Shown here piece by piece: positions 11,976 through 25,239 of a DNA stretch of 64,000 bases. The position numbers and the translations under genes are program-made. The notes under the pieces are model-generated. The model saw only the letters and a program-made list of their open reading frames with translations. It was not told where the DNA came from and made no database searches. Numbering within the stretch: the stretch's first letter is position 1; every line of letters begins with the position of its first letter. The DNA comes from Hypanus sabinus (taxonomy: Eukaryota), in contig NC_082732.1 of NCBI RefSeq assembly GCF_030144855.1, positions 23,870,001-23,934,000 on the forward strand, given 5' to 3'.

Positions 11976-14900
11976 CCTAGATCCAATGTGGACTCATTTG
12001 AGAACCTCTTTATTAGATAATTGGAATATTCTTATTCTATACTTCCATTTGTTTACTCACCTGTGTTTTGGTGTATTATTGATGCCTCTTCCTGCTCTTA
12101 TTCTAAATAGGAAAATTCCATCAACTTTGTTGCCAATTTCTACCCTTCCTAACCTCTACAGTGCTTAAGCCCACTGCCTCTCATATGACATTCATTACAT
12201 TTCCTCAGATCTTTTTTTTCCCATTCCTTTCTCCATTTTTGTCACGTTCTGAAAAATTGCACCTTTAACTCTGGTGTTTCGACTATGTCTTCCCTTGTCC
12301 TCAGCTAACATTTCCCCTCTACCCTGGTCAACAGGGTTCTCAAACTTGTCAGGATCTTCTGCAATTTCTTTTCATCCCTTCCTTTCCTTTCTAGAGCTAA
12401 AGTTAAGTTGAAGCTCCAATTATCACCACTTCTTCATCTCCTTCAATGGACCATCTGCTGTTATCACCAGCACTCCAGCATCACATCACAGTATCCTCCT
12501 CTCCTTTCCCACTTCAACGTTACAAAGGAACCGTTTCTTTTGCAGCACTCCCTAACTTCAACATGGTATAAGCCCTATCCAGTGCTTTGTAAAGACCTCT
12601 GCATGGCACAGTAGTATGGCCCAGAACAGAGAAGTATGGCCTGTGACTTTAATCCTAATTCTGCCATCTGCTCTGATTTACTATATCTAAATTTGCCCTC
12701 CTATATATTTATAATGAAGCTCAATACTTCTTGATGTCTTTTACTATCTCTTAGCCTTAACCATTTCTCTTTTGTCACTTAATCACTCTTGTCTTCATTA
12801 TTATATAGAGTTTCCCTTTTGTTTTCTTCTTCTTCCTATGATTTTTAAACATTTGTAATTTTTCACAATTCTGGAGGATTTTCTGGCTTATTTCTTTCTT
12901 TGCCAGATGCTGTCTTATCTATTGAACATTCCCAGCATTTTCTCATTTGTTTTTACCTCATCCCCGTTTTCCTTTTCTTTTTTCATATCTTAAATATGAC
13001 ATCACTCAAAAATCACCCACTCCTAACCTGTATATTTTCAACCAAACCTTTTTTGGTTTCCATTTTCAACAATACGCTTCCCTCCTAAAAAGACCAACCC
13101 CCCACCCCCAACACCCGGCTGGTGTACACCTCATTCTTTCCCATCACTCCAATCCCACAAACATATATTCATTACTAGAGTCTAAGTGTTTTTCTGATCT
13201 ACAAATTTAAATTACCTGTGGCCTCCCTGTCTTGTGGAGTTTTTTTGCCCTCACAACTATCTTTGGTGCTTTGCTAACTAGCAGCTCTTGGCACCTTTAA
13301 AGAGCAACATTATTTATGGAATATGTTGCACAGTGCTTCACGTGCAGTAAATGAACTACTTTTGTTAAGTGTGAACCCTGACAGTGAGTGTCACAGTCCT
13401 GTCCCAGCAAATTATAAACATTACGTTTAATGTGATGGAATGGAATAACTAATGGAACATTTTTTTTAAAAAATGAACATAAGCATGAATAAACAAATGA
13501 ATTAAGTCTTAAGTAAATCCGGAAATGCTAGTAATGCTCAGTGAATCTGCTGAGTATGTCAAGCATTTTCTGTTCTGTTACAGATTTACAGCAATCACAC
13601 TATTCCTAAGAATATTTTAAAGGCAGCAGAGGGGCAATAAATTGTAGAACAAGAACATTGCAACTTAGGAGAATATTTTCTTGATTTGTTTGGAGCAACA
13701 AGGACAAGGAAGTGGTTGGAGTGAAGTCATGTAAGGGTGTGTAAGTTTTGATTTGAATCAAAATGGATGAATTCAATAATGTAGATGTTTAGTAGTGAAA
13801 CAATGCTTTGTCATTCATGATTTGATGTCAGATAAGCTGTTATATTTTCGCTGTGTACTTTGGTACAAAATACTCCCAGATCACACAAAATGCACTGGTT
13901 CAGTACCCTTACTCTGTACAGCTGTGTTAAATCCAAAGCTAAAACTTGGTGGTGTAGCATTGAATGTAATTTATTATCAGAAAAAAGCCTAATTAAAATA
14001 CAATCAAACACTAAAATAGGGCTTCTATTAAGCATAATGCATGCATTTTAAAAAAATGTGAAACCCATTGGAAAGGAGTGGGGTTATAGGTGTTATCACA
14101 GGAATTCCCATCCACATACTATCCTTGCTTGACATCTAGACAGTCATAATTTTAGCTGGAGACTTCAGAAAGATTTAAGAATAGCACAGGGAAGCATAAG
14201 GAAACTGGAACCATTTGTTGTAAATATAAATGTGCACAGTAAGAACATTTTGTGATATCAAGTTCAGTTCTCATACGTATGTCACTCATTGCATTTTGTA
14301 TATCAGTCTTCTGGGAGGCCTACTCTCAGAGAAGTCTTAAAGCTGAATAGGGATTTTTATGCAAATAGTAAAAGGTCAAAAAGCAAGGTTTTGGGTCACT
14401 GTTAGAAAAAACAATGCTTGATAGATTAAGGATCAGAAGAGACACATGCACCTCCTGTTAACTTTCTCATACAAATGAAAATCTATTTTTAATCAGACAA
14501 TTGGTCCACAACCATTTTATTTATGGGTGGCCACTTGAAGATCAAATCTAATTTCAACCAGATTTTCTTACTGAACCATAGTTGTTTTAAAAAACAAAAT
14601 TAAAACAAAATGAGGAAATACTTGATGGAGAAGTGCTTCAGGCCAACTATAAAACATCTTAAATTGCTAATAAAGCAAAGGCTGAAGAGAACGAAGGGAA
14701 TAAAGTTCAGGATAGAGTGGCCGAAGAGAGACCAAATGATACAAGAGCTGGTGTGCCAGCTGAAGGAGGCGCTGAAGGTTTGTCAGTGTCATCTTTCTGG
14801 ATGCAATGTGAATAGAGTGTGAAGAATGAGTACAGAAGAAAAGGTGGAGAAAACCGACGCTGGGACTGAGAAATAATTTTGAAACAAAACAATGCAGGAT

Positions 14901-15039
14901 GTCAGCATGCCAATCAGCAACTATGAAAAGAGAAACAATCTGGCTAGTTCTGATACAGACTGGAAAAGATTCTCATCTGAAATAGATGAAGGCTTAAGGT
15001 TGTAATGTGTCAGCTGTAGTCATCAAAAATGGGAATATT

Positions 15040-15690
15040 TGATGATTCTCGTTGGATCTGCACACAGAGTCATCACTCACAGCGCCATCTTGACAACTGT
15101 CTAGTAAGAATATATGATATTCCCCAAATTAATATTGGACTCAGTTGGAACAAGTGGGCATGCACAGATTAGGAGTGGAGCAGAGGACTCAAGTGGAGGG
15201 TCATTAGAAACTCAGGCTTACGCTTCCTAAAAGTTGATGGAAGTGTCCCTACAAGGTGCTCACCCAATCTGCATTTGGTTTCCCCAGTGTACAGGAGATC
15301 ATATTTTGAGCATTGAAAGCAGTTTAGAAAACTGAAAAAGGTGCAAGAGGATCACTGCATCACCTTGGAGGTCAGCATGATGGGAAAGGAAGAATCAAAA
15401 GGGTAGGTTTAAAACCTCCTGAAATCACATAGGAGGAATTATTGATGGAGACAGAATACTGATCCAGGAAGTCAAGGAGGGAGTGGTTCCATCAGACTAT
15501 GAAAGAAGAGGGGAATGTGTCTGGTTGCATCACACTGAAGGTGGCAAATACTGTAAAGAATTATCCATTGAGTGTTGAGACTGATGGAATGCAAATAGAA
15601 AACAAGAATACTTTCTTGTTCCGGTTGCGAGGAGAGTGGGTGAGAGCAAAAGTTTAAAAAAAATGCAGTAGACATAGTTGAGAACCTTAG
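15040..15690 (-). mobile_element. Old Penelope-like element fragment (GIY-YIG region)
   Basis: CACCCAATCTGCATTTGGTTTCCCCAGTGTACAG is the reverse of LYTGETKCRLG. The fragment is decayed. Confidence 0.65.
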
Positions 15691-15783
15691 CCTGTTTGAG
15701 AATTCCAAACTTTTTCTTTCTTCTTAATTTCAGATTTGCAGCAGCTGTGGTATTTTACTTTTATCTTCTTAAATACCTTACTA

Positions 15784-16411
15784 TTAGATTAGATCATACT
15801 AGATTCAACTTTGTTGTCATTGTGCCGAGTACAGATACAAAGCCAAATGAAATGCAGTTAGAATCTAACCAGAAATACACAGAATAGTGTTATTTACAAA
15901 ATAATTGCGAATAAAAAATAAGTGCTACAGCACACAAATATAAAAGTACTTAGACAGTACAATATGGGTGCAATACTGCTTAGCGCTGTGATGTGAGGTT
16001 CAGCAGGGTCACAGCCTCAGGGGAGAAGCTCTTCCTGTGCCTGCTGGTGCGGGAGCCGAGGCTCCTGTAGTGCCTACCGGATGGGAGGAGAGTAAAAAGT
16101 CCATGGTTAGGGTGAGATGCATCCTTGATAATGCAGGCAGCGTTTATGGTAATGTTCTCAATGGTGGGCAATTGGGTGCCGATAATCCACTGGGCAGTTT
16201 CCACCACACGCTGGAGTGCTTTGTGGTCCGATACGGGTCAGTTGCCATAGCACACTGAGTATGCTCTCAATGGTACAGTAGTAAAAGTCCGACAGTATCC
16301 TGAGACAGAGCTGAGCTTTCTTGATGCTCCGCAGGAAATAAAGGTGCTGTTGCACCTTTTTGATCAGGATGGAGGAGTTCAGGGACCAGGTGAGATCCTC
16401 AGAAATGTGGA
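15784..16411 (-). mobile_element. Rex1/Babar LINE 3' fragment
   Basis: ORFs 15980-16207 (IIKDASHPNHGLFTLLPSGRHYRS) and 16158-16511 (VHISEDLTWS...KVQQHLYFLR). Confidence 0.85.
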
Positions 16412-16578
16412 CAGAGCTCTTGTAGATAGATCTCTCATAGATAGCGGGGTCAAGGGATATGGGGAAAGGGCAGGAATGGTGTACTAATTGTGTATGATCA
16501 GCCATGATCACAGTGAATGGCGGAGCTGGCTAGAAGGGCCAAATGGCCTACTCCTGCACCTACTGTCTATTGTCTATT
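16412..16578 (+). mobile_element. Young CR1 3' end inserted into the Rex1 copy
   Basis: Closely similar to 63075-63213 and ends in a TGTCTAT repeat tail. Confidence 0.8.
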
Positions 16579-17819
16579 GACACCAAGGATAATAGGTCAC
16601 TATGACCTATTATCATCTGTGGGGTATAGAGGTAGGGCACATATACAACCTTAACCTAAATGCTCCTTTTCTGTCAGTACTGTGGATTTACATATGAGAT
16701 TGTGCAATATGAACTCAGCAGAAAGGGCACAGGTAAACAAAGGTGAGGAAAGGTTATCAGCCATTTGCAATCATCTGAAGAGTAAACTTTTTTGATAGAA
16801 TCATTTCACTAAAAAGGCTCAAAAACTTAACACATGCATAACTTTATAGGCAGCCTTAGAAATGAGCTATTGCGTGCTTTGTCAGGTAATGCAGACATGA
16901 ACCAATTCAACTCTAGTATAGGCAGAAATTATAGGATTTCTGAAGGGTAATAATATCCATCACTATATAATCATGTCCACAGAAGCACCATGTGTGCGTG
17001 TACCTTCCATTTATGCCATAATTTACTACATTATAGAAAAGTAAGACTTCCATCAACTCCAATGCTTTATATCCCTTTTATAAAATATGCTTTTCAATCA
17101 GGGGATTGGCTACTTCCAGCCATAATAGGTATGATGCACCTCCAATCTCAAATTTTGTTGATTGAAAACACAGTATCAGTACTTGCTAATTTGTGATCCT
17201 CTTTTCCTTTGCAACCAGTTAAATGAATGGTTTTTTAAAATCACCTCCCTGTTCCTAGGAATGATCAAATGGTTCACTGCGCCATGACAATTTAGTGTCA
17301 TTAATTAACTTGGTTTCGAATGGGAGCAAGCAAATTTCCCAGCAGAAAATCTAGCCAAGTTTCAAGTATTCCAGGCAAGATCAGTGCTGGCAGGAGGCAT
17401 ATAGCAGCCTTAAAAGGCCCACATCTACAGAACATGTAAATGCTATTTAAAGGTAGCACATTCCAGGGTGTGGGAAATTTGAATGGCTATCTTTAATAAT
17501 GGCATATAACCAGTTGTTTCTTTCTAAGTACTAATGCCTTGAATTTCAGCAGTCTCTGTTATCTCCTGAATTTCTGTCTTTGTTCTGTCATCATGGTAAC
17601 ATGCTCATTTCCCCTTCAGTCTGAAAATATTACTCAGCCATTTTCTTTCTGTGTTTAATTACTAATTACTGTATATTTCCATCATGGTGTATTTTGACTA
17701 ATTTTGCAGACATTTCCATGGCAGAAAACATTTATATAGTACTTTCCCAGTTCAAAGGGCCATGACCTCCATTCAGTTACCGAGAGTAAGGTTCCTGAGG
17801 AGGTAGTACAGTATTTCAG

Positions 17820-18045
17820 AGTCACTTTTATGTACAGACATTCCTGTGCCTAGCGTCACCTTATGAACATATAATAAATCTATATATATAAACTATATTA
17901 TGCATTTATATTTATTGTTTTTTATTATTGTGTCCTTTATCTATTGTGTCTTTTTGTGCTGCATTGGATCCAGAGTAACAATTATTTCATTCTCCTTTAC
18001 ATGTGTGTACTGGAAATAACATTACACAATCTTGAATCTTGAAGA
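17820..18045 (+). mobile_element. LINE 3' UTR and tail fragment (Rex1-like)
   Basis: Ends in the ...AATCTTGAATCTTGAA short-repeat tail. Confidence 0.5.
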
Positions 18046-19055
18046 GATGGATAAAACAATAACTTGTTTTTAAATTTCATGGTGTGAAGTATGAATATGG
18101 CAGAAATATTTGCTATAACCATGCAGTTCAGATAATCAGCTTGAGAAATGTTTTCAAGGATACTTCCTTGAAATAAATACCTGTTCTTCAAAGTTCACAA
18201 ACAGAATTGAACAACGCACACACACCTTGTAAAACAGAATATTTATGGTTAATTATTAATAGTTTCCACTAATTATTTTATTAGATGGTTCAGCAATCTA
18301 CAAAATTAAATATATTGTTAATCTTTAGCCACTTGTTAACATTTCAAATAACTCAAGTGGTTATTTTTTCTTTATGCCAGTTGGTACTGCATATAGTCTG
18401 TTCCTGATCTCCTGTCTGATTAATTTGAAGAACAACCACCATTGGTGGGATGAGCATAGGCCCCAGACTTACTGAATGTACAAATGGTATTTACAAATGT
18501 AGATTCTAAAGGGATACCTAAAATTGAACTTAAAACTTTAAAATAAACATGCTATCTATTTGCACAACTCAATTTCCTGTCAACATCAGGATTCACTTTT
18601 ACGTTATTATTTTTATATTAAACTTTTGCACAGCTAAAACTGGGCTTCACAAATTATTTAAACAGTTTTCTGAAAATTATCCATTTGAAAATTCTTGATA
18701 ACACTTCTGTTTCCAAAGACTAAAATTTCCATTGTTCATTTTGTAGCACATTTATTTGACGGCTTCAGCTTGTCCTAAATATCTGGGCAAGTTAATTCCT
18801 AGCATTGTGACGCTCTGAGCTGAATTTAGATCAGCCAGTCTGAATACGTAAATAGGAATTGCAAACAATACTGAAATTGAAACACAGAGATTGGGACCGG
18901 AAGGGTGAAGGGTCCCTGACTGCCACATTTCTCCCAGGATCTCAAGACCTTACTTCTCTTCTTTCCCATGCTATTTCATTGCACACAGCAGTATATAACC
19001 AACACCCCCCCCCCCCAAAAAAAAAGAGAAACAGGAAGATAGAAAAACAGGAACT

Positions 19056-19270
19056 CTCTCTAGTCAGAAGGTGGTGAATCTGTGGAATTCATTGCCACAG
19101 ACAGCTGTGGAGGTCAAGTCATTGGGTGTATTTAAAGCAGAGGTTGATATGCTCTTGATGAGTACAGGTGTCAAAGGTTACGGGAAGAAGGCAGGAGAAT
19201 GGAGTGGGGAGGGGTAATAAATCAGCCATGATGAAATGGAGGAGCAGACTTGATAGGCCTAATTCTGCTT
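19056..19270 (+). mobile_element. CR1 LINE 3' fragment
   Basis: CAGAAGGTGGTGAATCTGTGGAATTCATTGCCACAG (VVNLWNSLP) followed by 3' UTR. Confidence 0.8.
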
Positions 19271-21079
19271 GGCTAAGAGGTGGCGAGAGGCGAGAAGGAG
19301 AAATTCTCAATTGTTTCTAAGTGTGCTTGGTGCATTTTTTAGCGTTTAATTCTCTCAGCTTTAGGCCAATGGTCAGTGAATTTGCTAAGTTAACCACTTG
19401 CCAAAATAATCAGGCACCTTGATCTTTGTTAATTAAATCACACACATTATGTTGAGAGTATTAGAGAATGAGGAGTGTTTTGCAACTTCACTCTTTGGTG
19501 ATTTTTCACCATTACTGTTTCCTTCTCATGTCTCAACATGGCTTCCCTTTTTTTTGTTTTGTCATTCCCCTCAGAAACAAGTAGAAATAATGAATGGTAG
19601 GAGCAGGAGCTTGATTCACTCCAATGATAATCTGAAAACTGTAAGGACGAGTGTGTGTATGCAGTTATCCTCAAGTTCATATTTAGGATTTACATGTGTG
19701 CTTCTCCAAAACATAGAAAATTTGAATTTATGTGCACATCCTGAGCAATATAATTTCCCCTTTCTTCTGCCAAACTTCTTTACTACCTGTTATTCTTTTC
19801 ATGTGTCCCTTTTCTTTGAACCTCTCTGATTTAAATAGTACAAGATTATGACCAATATCATGAAAATCATGTCTTTAGCAACTACCAGCTCTATCTGAAA
19901 AAGCGTCTTGGTCTCCCATCTTTCATGATTTCCCAGCCATAATATAATTTTCTTATAAAAATGTGCACAACATGTTTCTGAGAGTTTTGGGTGATGGATT
20001 TCAGATAGAGAGACAGTGGAGTTCATAATGATCTTCCTTTGGGATGGTTTGCAATCTGTTATCTTCAATTGGCATTGTAATTTTTAGATTTGGCACATTA
20101 TAATGGAAAACAAGGACAATGGTCATTACTCTAATTTTTCAATTTCTTCCCAATAGCCACATGTAACATGCTGTTTACCTGACAACACATTTGCTGATTT
20201 CCATAATCAAGTCAGCTGCCAGATTGTCTTGCTACATTCTGTTACTAAAACATGACAGGTTCAAGGAACATGAAATAGAAATAGAAAATATTGGAGCTTA
20301 AAAAAGGTTCAGGCACTATCCATTTCCATGATTCTCTCTCCGCAGAATCTGCCTGATGTGTCAAGTATTTGTAGCATCTATTTGTATTTTCTTTGTTTGG
20401 TATGCCTGGTCTTATACATTTCCCCAAATTTCTAAACTCATCATTGTCAATAGGAATCAGACTTTTTTCTTGTCTATTTATGATATGTGAAGACTGAATG
20501 TTGTTATTTTTTTTACACTGGTTCTTTTTGCGGGGCCATTTTACTTCCTTGTTTCTGAATTCTGAATTGTGGGTTGTTTCATCCTAATTCATCCATAACT
20601 TCGAGTGTACCTTCCATTCGCCTACAATGCATCCACTTATAATATTTTTGAGAATAACTTGGTTACCCGGGTTACATAAGAAATAGAATCAGATGCTGTT
20701 GCCCTAAGGTTTTAAGGATCAATTTGAACCTTGAATATACTCGGTCACAAGCCCAAAAGGTGAAGAATTACAAAGATATTCTGCACTAGGCACAGAGAAA
20801 CTTCTTTTCTCAGCACATAAATAGCTGGCTCTTACTTGGAGGCTGAGTGTTGACTTTTCGACTGCAGAATGTTTGCTCTGGAGAGTCCATAGCTTGTTGA
20901 TAAGATTATGCATGAAGAAACCAAAACTGTTACCAGTTTAATAGTTGATCAGACAGCTGGTCTGAATGTCCTTGGGACGATTAAGGTGTCTCCCATAACA
21001 GAGTGAATCCAGTCATTAGCTGTGATTTACGATGGAACTAATACTGGTGGTGAAAGGACAGTGGCACTGGATGAGAGGC

Positions 21080-21175
21080 TCTTTTCCATAGATGCTGTCT
21101 GGGCTGCTGAGTCGCTCCAGCATCTTGTGTCTATTGCTTTGGATATCCAGCATCTGTAGATTTGCTTGTGTTTCT
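21080..21175 (+). mobile_element. Penelope-like terminal-repeat tail fragment
   Basis: TTTTCCATAGATGCTG...CTCCAGCATCTTGTGT...CCAGCATCTGTAGA. Confidence 0.7.
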
Positions 21176-22119
21176 GAAGCCAATGATCCAGTCTGACTTT
21201 TTCTTGACAAAATTGCCCATTGCTTTCATAATAATGCTGCTTTCGGTGTGTGGTTGAATTGTTTGCCATCAACTGGGTGCTGGGTAGTAGAAACGTTTCT
21301 TCCTCTCCAATCAAGCAGCACAGATGAATCATCACATCCGCTGTAAATCTGATCTGCTATCAATTCCTACCTTCTTTGGAAAACCCCAAGAGATAAACTT
21401 TGTACCCATAGAATCTTAGCTACATTGGGAGCTCAACTTTTCTAGGCAGGAAGAACTCTATATGGTGAGCACATTGATAAATCATCAAGGTATATCAAAA
21501 TTTAGATAAAATACACTTCTCTATAACCTGTTCATTTCATTGAATAATCACCCTTACACTACCCATAATTGAAATTAATGCTATTTCCAGACATTAATGA
21601 ATACCATGAAGCATTTTACTATTATTACTATTTTGAAGACTGCATTAAAATGTACAGGAGAAATTGTATAAATTCAGATTTCTGTAAGTCAGATCTTTCA
21701 TAATCTGGTCAGCTCCTGTATAGTATCCCTGCACCCACATTCTATGCCTTATCTAATAAATAGATTCATCTTGCATATCCTATTAACCAATCTATCCACT
21801 CATTATGTTGCTTTATAAGGGTGCACAGGAATTCTAAGATTCTAAAATGGCTTTATTCCTTGAAATGATTTAATACTGGCCACATTCTGTATATTTCTTT
21901 TTTCACTTATTGCACCTGCCCACCACAAAGCCGATGATTAAATTAAATGTGCCACTTTTCTATCTGATTAATCAGATCTAGGTCATTTATATTTTTCATG
22001 TCAGTAAAACGTGAACTATTTTTGCAATACATACATCACCTCCCCCCCACCAACATTTAAGTCTTACTTGAAACAAACAACAAAGGACAGAGTACTGAAT
22101 CTTGAGGAGCCCCTTCTAT

Positions 22120-23456
22120 AATCAGAATCGGGTTTATTATCACCGGCAAGTGACGTGAAATTTGTTAACTTAGCAGCAGCAGTTCAATGCAATACATAAT
22201 CTGGAAGAAAAAAAAACACAAAATAATAATAATAAATAAATCAATTACAGTATACATATATTGAAGAGATTAAAAATCATGCAAAAAAACAGAAATACTA
22301 TATATTAAGAAAGTGAGATAGTGTCCATTTAGGAATCAGATGGCAGAGGGGAAGAAGCTGTTCCTGATTCATTGAGTGTGTGTCTTCAGGCTTCTGTACC
22401 TCCTACCTGATGGTAACAGTGAGAAAAGGGCATTCCCTGGGTGTTGGAGATCCTTAATAATGGACGCTGCGTTTCTGAGGAACCACTCCTTGAAGATGTC
22501 CTGGGTACTTTGTAGGATAGCACCCAAGATGGAGCCGACTAAATTTACAACCCTCTGCAGCTTCTTTTGGTCTTGTGCAGTAGCCCCCACCCCTCCCCCA
22601 TACCAGTGATGCAGCCTGTCAGAATGCTCTCCATGCTACATCTATAGAAGTTTTTGAGTGCACTTGTTGATATACCAAATCTCTTCAAACTCCTAATGTA
22701 GTCGCTGTCTTGCCTTCTTTTAACTACATCTGTATGTTGGGATCAGGTTAGATCCTCAGAGATCTTGACACCCAGGAACTTGAAACTGCTCATTCTCTCC
22801 ACTTCTGATCCCTCTATGAGAATTGGCATGTGTTCCTTTGTCTTATCCTTCCGGAAGTCCACAATCAGCCCTTTTGTCTTACTGACGCTGCGTGCCAGGT
22901 TGTTGCTGTGACACGACTCCACTAGTTGGCATAGCTCACTCCTGTATGCCCTCTCGTCACCACCTGAGATTCTATCAACAATGGTTGTATTGTCAGCAAA
23001 TTTATAGATGGCATTTGAGCTATGCCTAACCCACACAGTCATGGGTATAGAGTTGAGCAGTGGGCTAAGCACACACCCCTGAGGTACACCAGTGTTGATC
23101 ATCAGCAAGGAGATGTAAGATTGTGGTCTTCCAGTTAGGAAATTGCAGAGGGAGGTACAGAAGCCCAGGTTCTGCAAATTCCCAATCAGGATTGTGGGAA
23201 TGATGGTATTAAATGCTGAGCTACAGTCGACGAACAGCATCCTGACATAGGTATTTGTGTTGTCCAGATGGTCTAAAGCCGTGTGGAGAGCCACTGAGAT
23301 TGCATCTGCCATTGACCTATTGTGGTGATAGGCAAATTGCCACAGGTCCAGGTCCTTGCTGTTCATTCTAGTCATGACCAACCACTCAGAGCGTTTCATC
23401 ATTGTAGATGTGAGTGCTACCAGTCAGTAGTCATTAAGGCAGCTCACATTATTCTT
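22120..23456 (-). mobile_element. Rex1/Babar LINE, reverse transcriptase region and 3' end (decayed)
   Basis: ORF 22743-23402 has [37 protein letters not shown] and [15 protein letters not shown] 22369-22590 is the C-terminus. Confidence 0.93.
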
Positions 23457-23849
23457 CCAGTACCAAAAGCACTCATCAATCATTTTCCTCTACCCATTAT
23501 TACAAAAAAACGTTATTCTCTTTTGAATTCCATGGACCTTTAAATTTTGTTTCAATTTGTTTATTTTTTCCAGTCTGAGTATAACCAGCTTTTAAAGCAC
23601 TGTTACCTTGACAACCTTCGTCTGCACTTCATTATTGACATTCTCTCCGCCCTTCCTCTCTCTCTGTGCAACTTAACATTAGCTGAAGGATCCTTCAGGC
23701 AAAACGTTGTTCTTATTTCCCTTCATATTGATGCTGCCCCTCCTGCTGAGTGCTTCCAACAGTTTCTAATTGCATTTCAAATTAATAGCATCTGCATTTT
23801 TGATTCAATTAGTAATGCAAGGGATTGCTATGGTTTGTAGATGTACTAA

Positions 23850-24140
23850 CGGGAATTCCAACGGAGCATTTTCGTTCGCTGATGTGCAAAGTGCTTCAGA
23901 GATTAATCCTCGAACACTTGGCGCCTCGCCGCCCTCCAGTGGCCACGTGATTCGTGTCGGCTCATGACCTTTTCTCGCGAGAGCCAGTGCGAGACAAGTT
24001 CAAGATGGCGGAGGCCGAAGTCGGTCGGAAGGTGGAGCGGTGCTTGGCAGATGCGGTGGTGAAATTAGGTAAAGTAATTCTGAGTGTACTCGATCTGATG
24101 GGTCGTGGATTTTGCACTGATATACGGTTCTGTGGAGCGG
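23850..24140 (+). promoter_or_regulatory. MICOS10 CpG-island promoter with E-box CACGTG (23944-23949), nuclear-receptor half-site TGACCTT (23965-23971), TCTCGCGAGA palindrome (23973-23982) and YY1 motif CAAGATGGCGG (24001-24011)
   Basis: Motifs were read directly just upstream of and over the start codon, in a region of local CpG enrichment. Confidence 0.8.
24005..24068 (+). CDS. MICOS10: MICOS complex subunit MIC10, coding exon 1 (MAEAEVGRKVERCLADAVVKL-G)
   Basis: Matches the MIC10 N-terminus (human MSESELGRKWDRCLADAVVKIG). It is 64 nt and ends at a phase-1 donor AG|GTAAAG. Confidence 0.95.
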
Positions 24141-25239
24141 TGTGTCATTGAGTTTTCAGTGATTGCGTCTTGGGCCTATCTTGTAGGCTGTGACCAAGGT
24201 GCCCTGTCATTGATTCGGTCTGACTAACAACACGGTACAGCTTATTGTATAAAACCGTTATATAAAATTAAAGAGTTGCGATGTCATTTTCTTTTAAGCA
24301 TTCCACCGGCTTAGACTGTTCTCATTAATTAACTTCACCACTTTTGGTACTACACTGATGCATCACCATTCTTGTGTTAGGCTGAATGGCGAGTGGCAGT
24401 TGTCTCTTTGACCTTGGTGTATCAGGAACAAGAGGAGAAACTATGAAAAGTTCTTTTCATGGTCTCGAGTTAGTATAAAGTTCTTAATGCTAAGGGGGAA
24501 AATCTGTAATTTTTTTCCTGTTTTAGTTTGTGGATAGATACTATTAGGTGAAGGCAAGATTAGACAATACTACATGGGAACAGTTGAAATAGCTTCAATG
24601 GAGGAGATGAAGTCACTGGCAAGTTGACTGAAACTAAAATAACTCTTTAAATACTTTTATTCATGTCTTTTTCCCTAATTACAAGCACCTATTTTGTTTT
24701 ATTCATTAATTTATTCATTTATTTTGTTCATTATTTATTCATTTGTTCATTCCAGGCGGAGCTACAATTCACACCTTAAAAATAAAGAACTATAATTATC
24801 TATTGTATTTAAAATTCTCTCACTATGTCTGTAGCCACTCCAAGTGCTAGGGGACTCTGTCCTCTAATCCACTTTATGTGCTGTACTTGTTGCAGCTATT
24901 GTGACTCTAAATCTTCAACTCATGTCCCAGATACCTTTGCCTCTTCACCTAGTTGTCTTGGAGTTGTCGTTGAAAGCACGTCTTTACAGAGCTTTTGGTC
25001 TCCATTCAACTCAATTGATTTCTATCATATGAACCTGTGATATACTTGGAAACATACAAAAATGGTACTATATGAATGCAAGTTATTGTTGTTAGACAAC
25101 CTTACTGTCTCTTAAGAATAGGCCAAAATTCATCACAGCCATGCAATTACTTTTGACGTATGATCATCATGAACATGTTGGCATACAAAATCTGTATTTT
25201 TGATGGTAGTTGAAATATGAATGGTAGCTATGACACTTG

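Noticed and set aside
24690-24752. (TTCATTTA)n-like tract
   Set aside because: Simple low-complexity repeat with no further structure.
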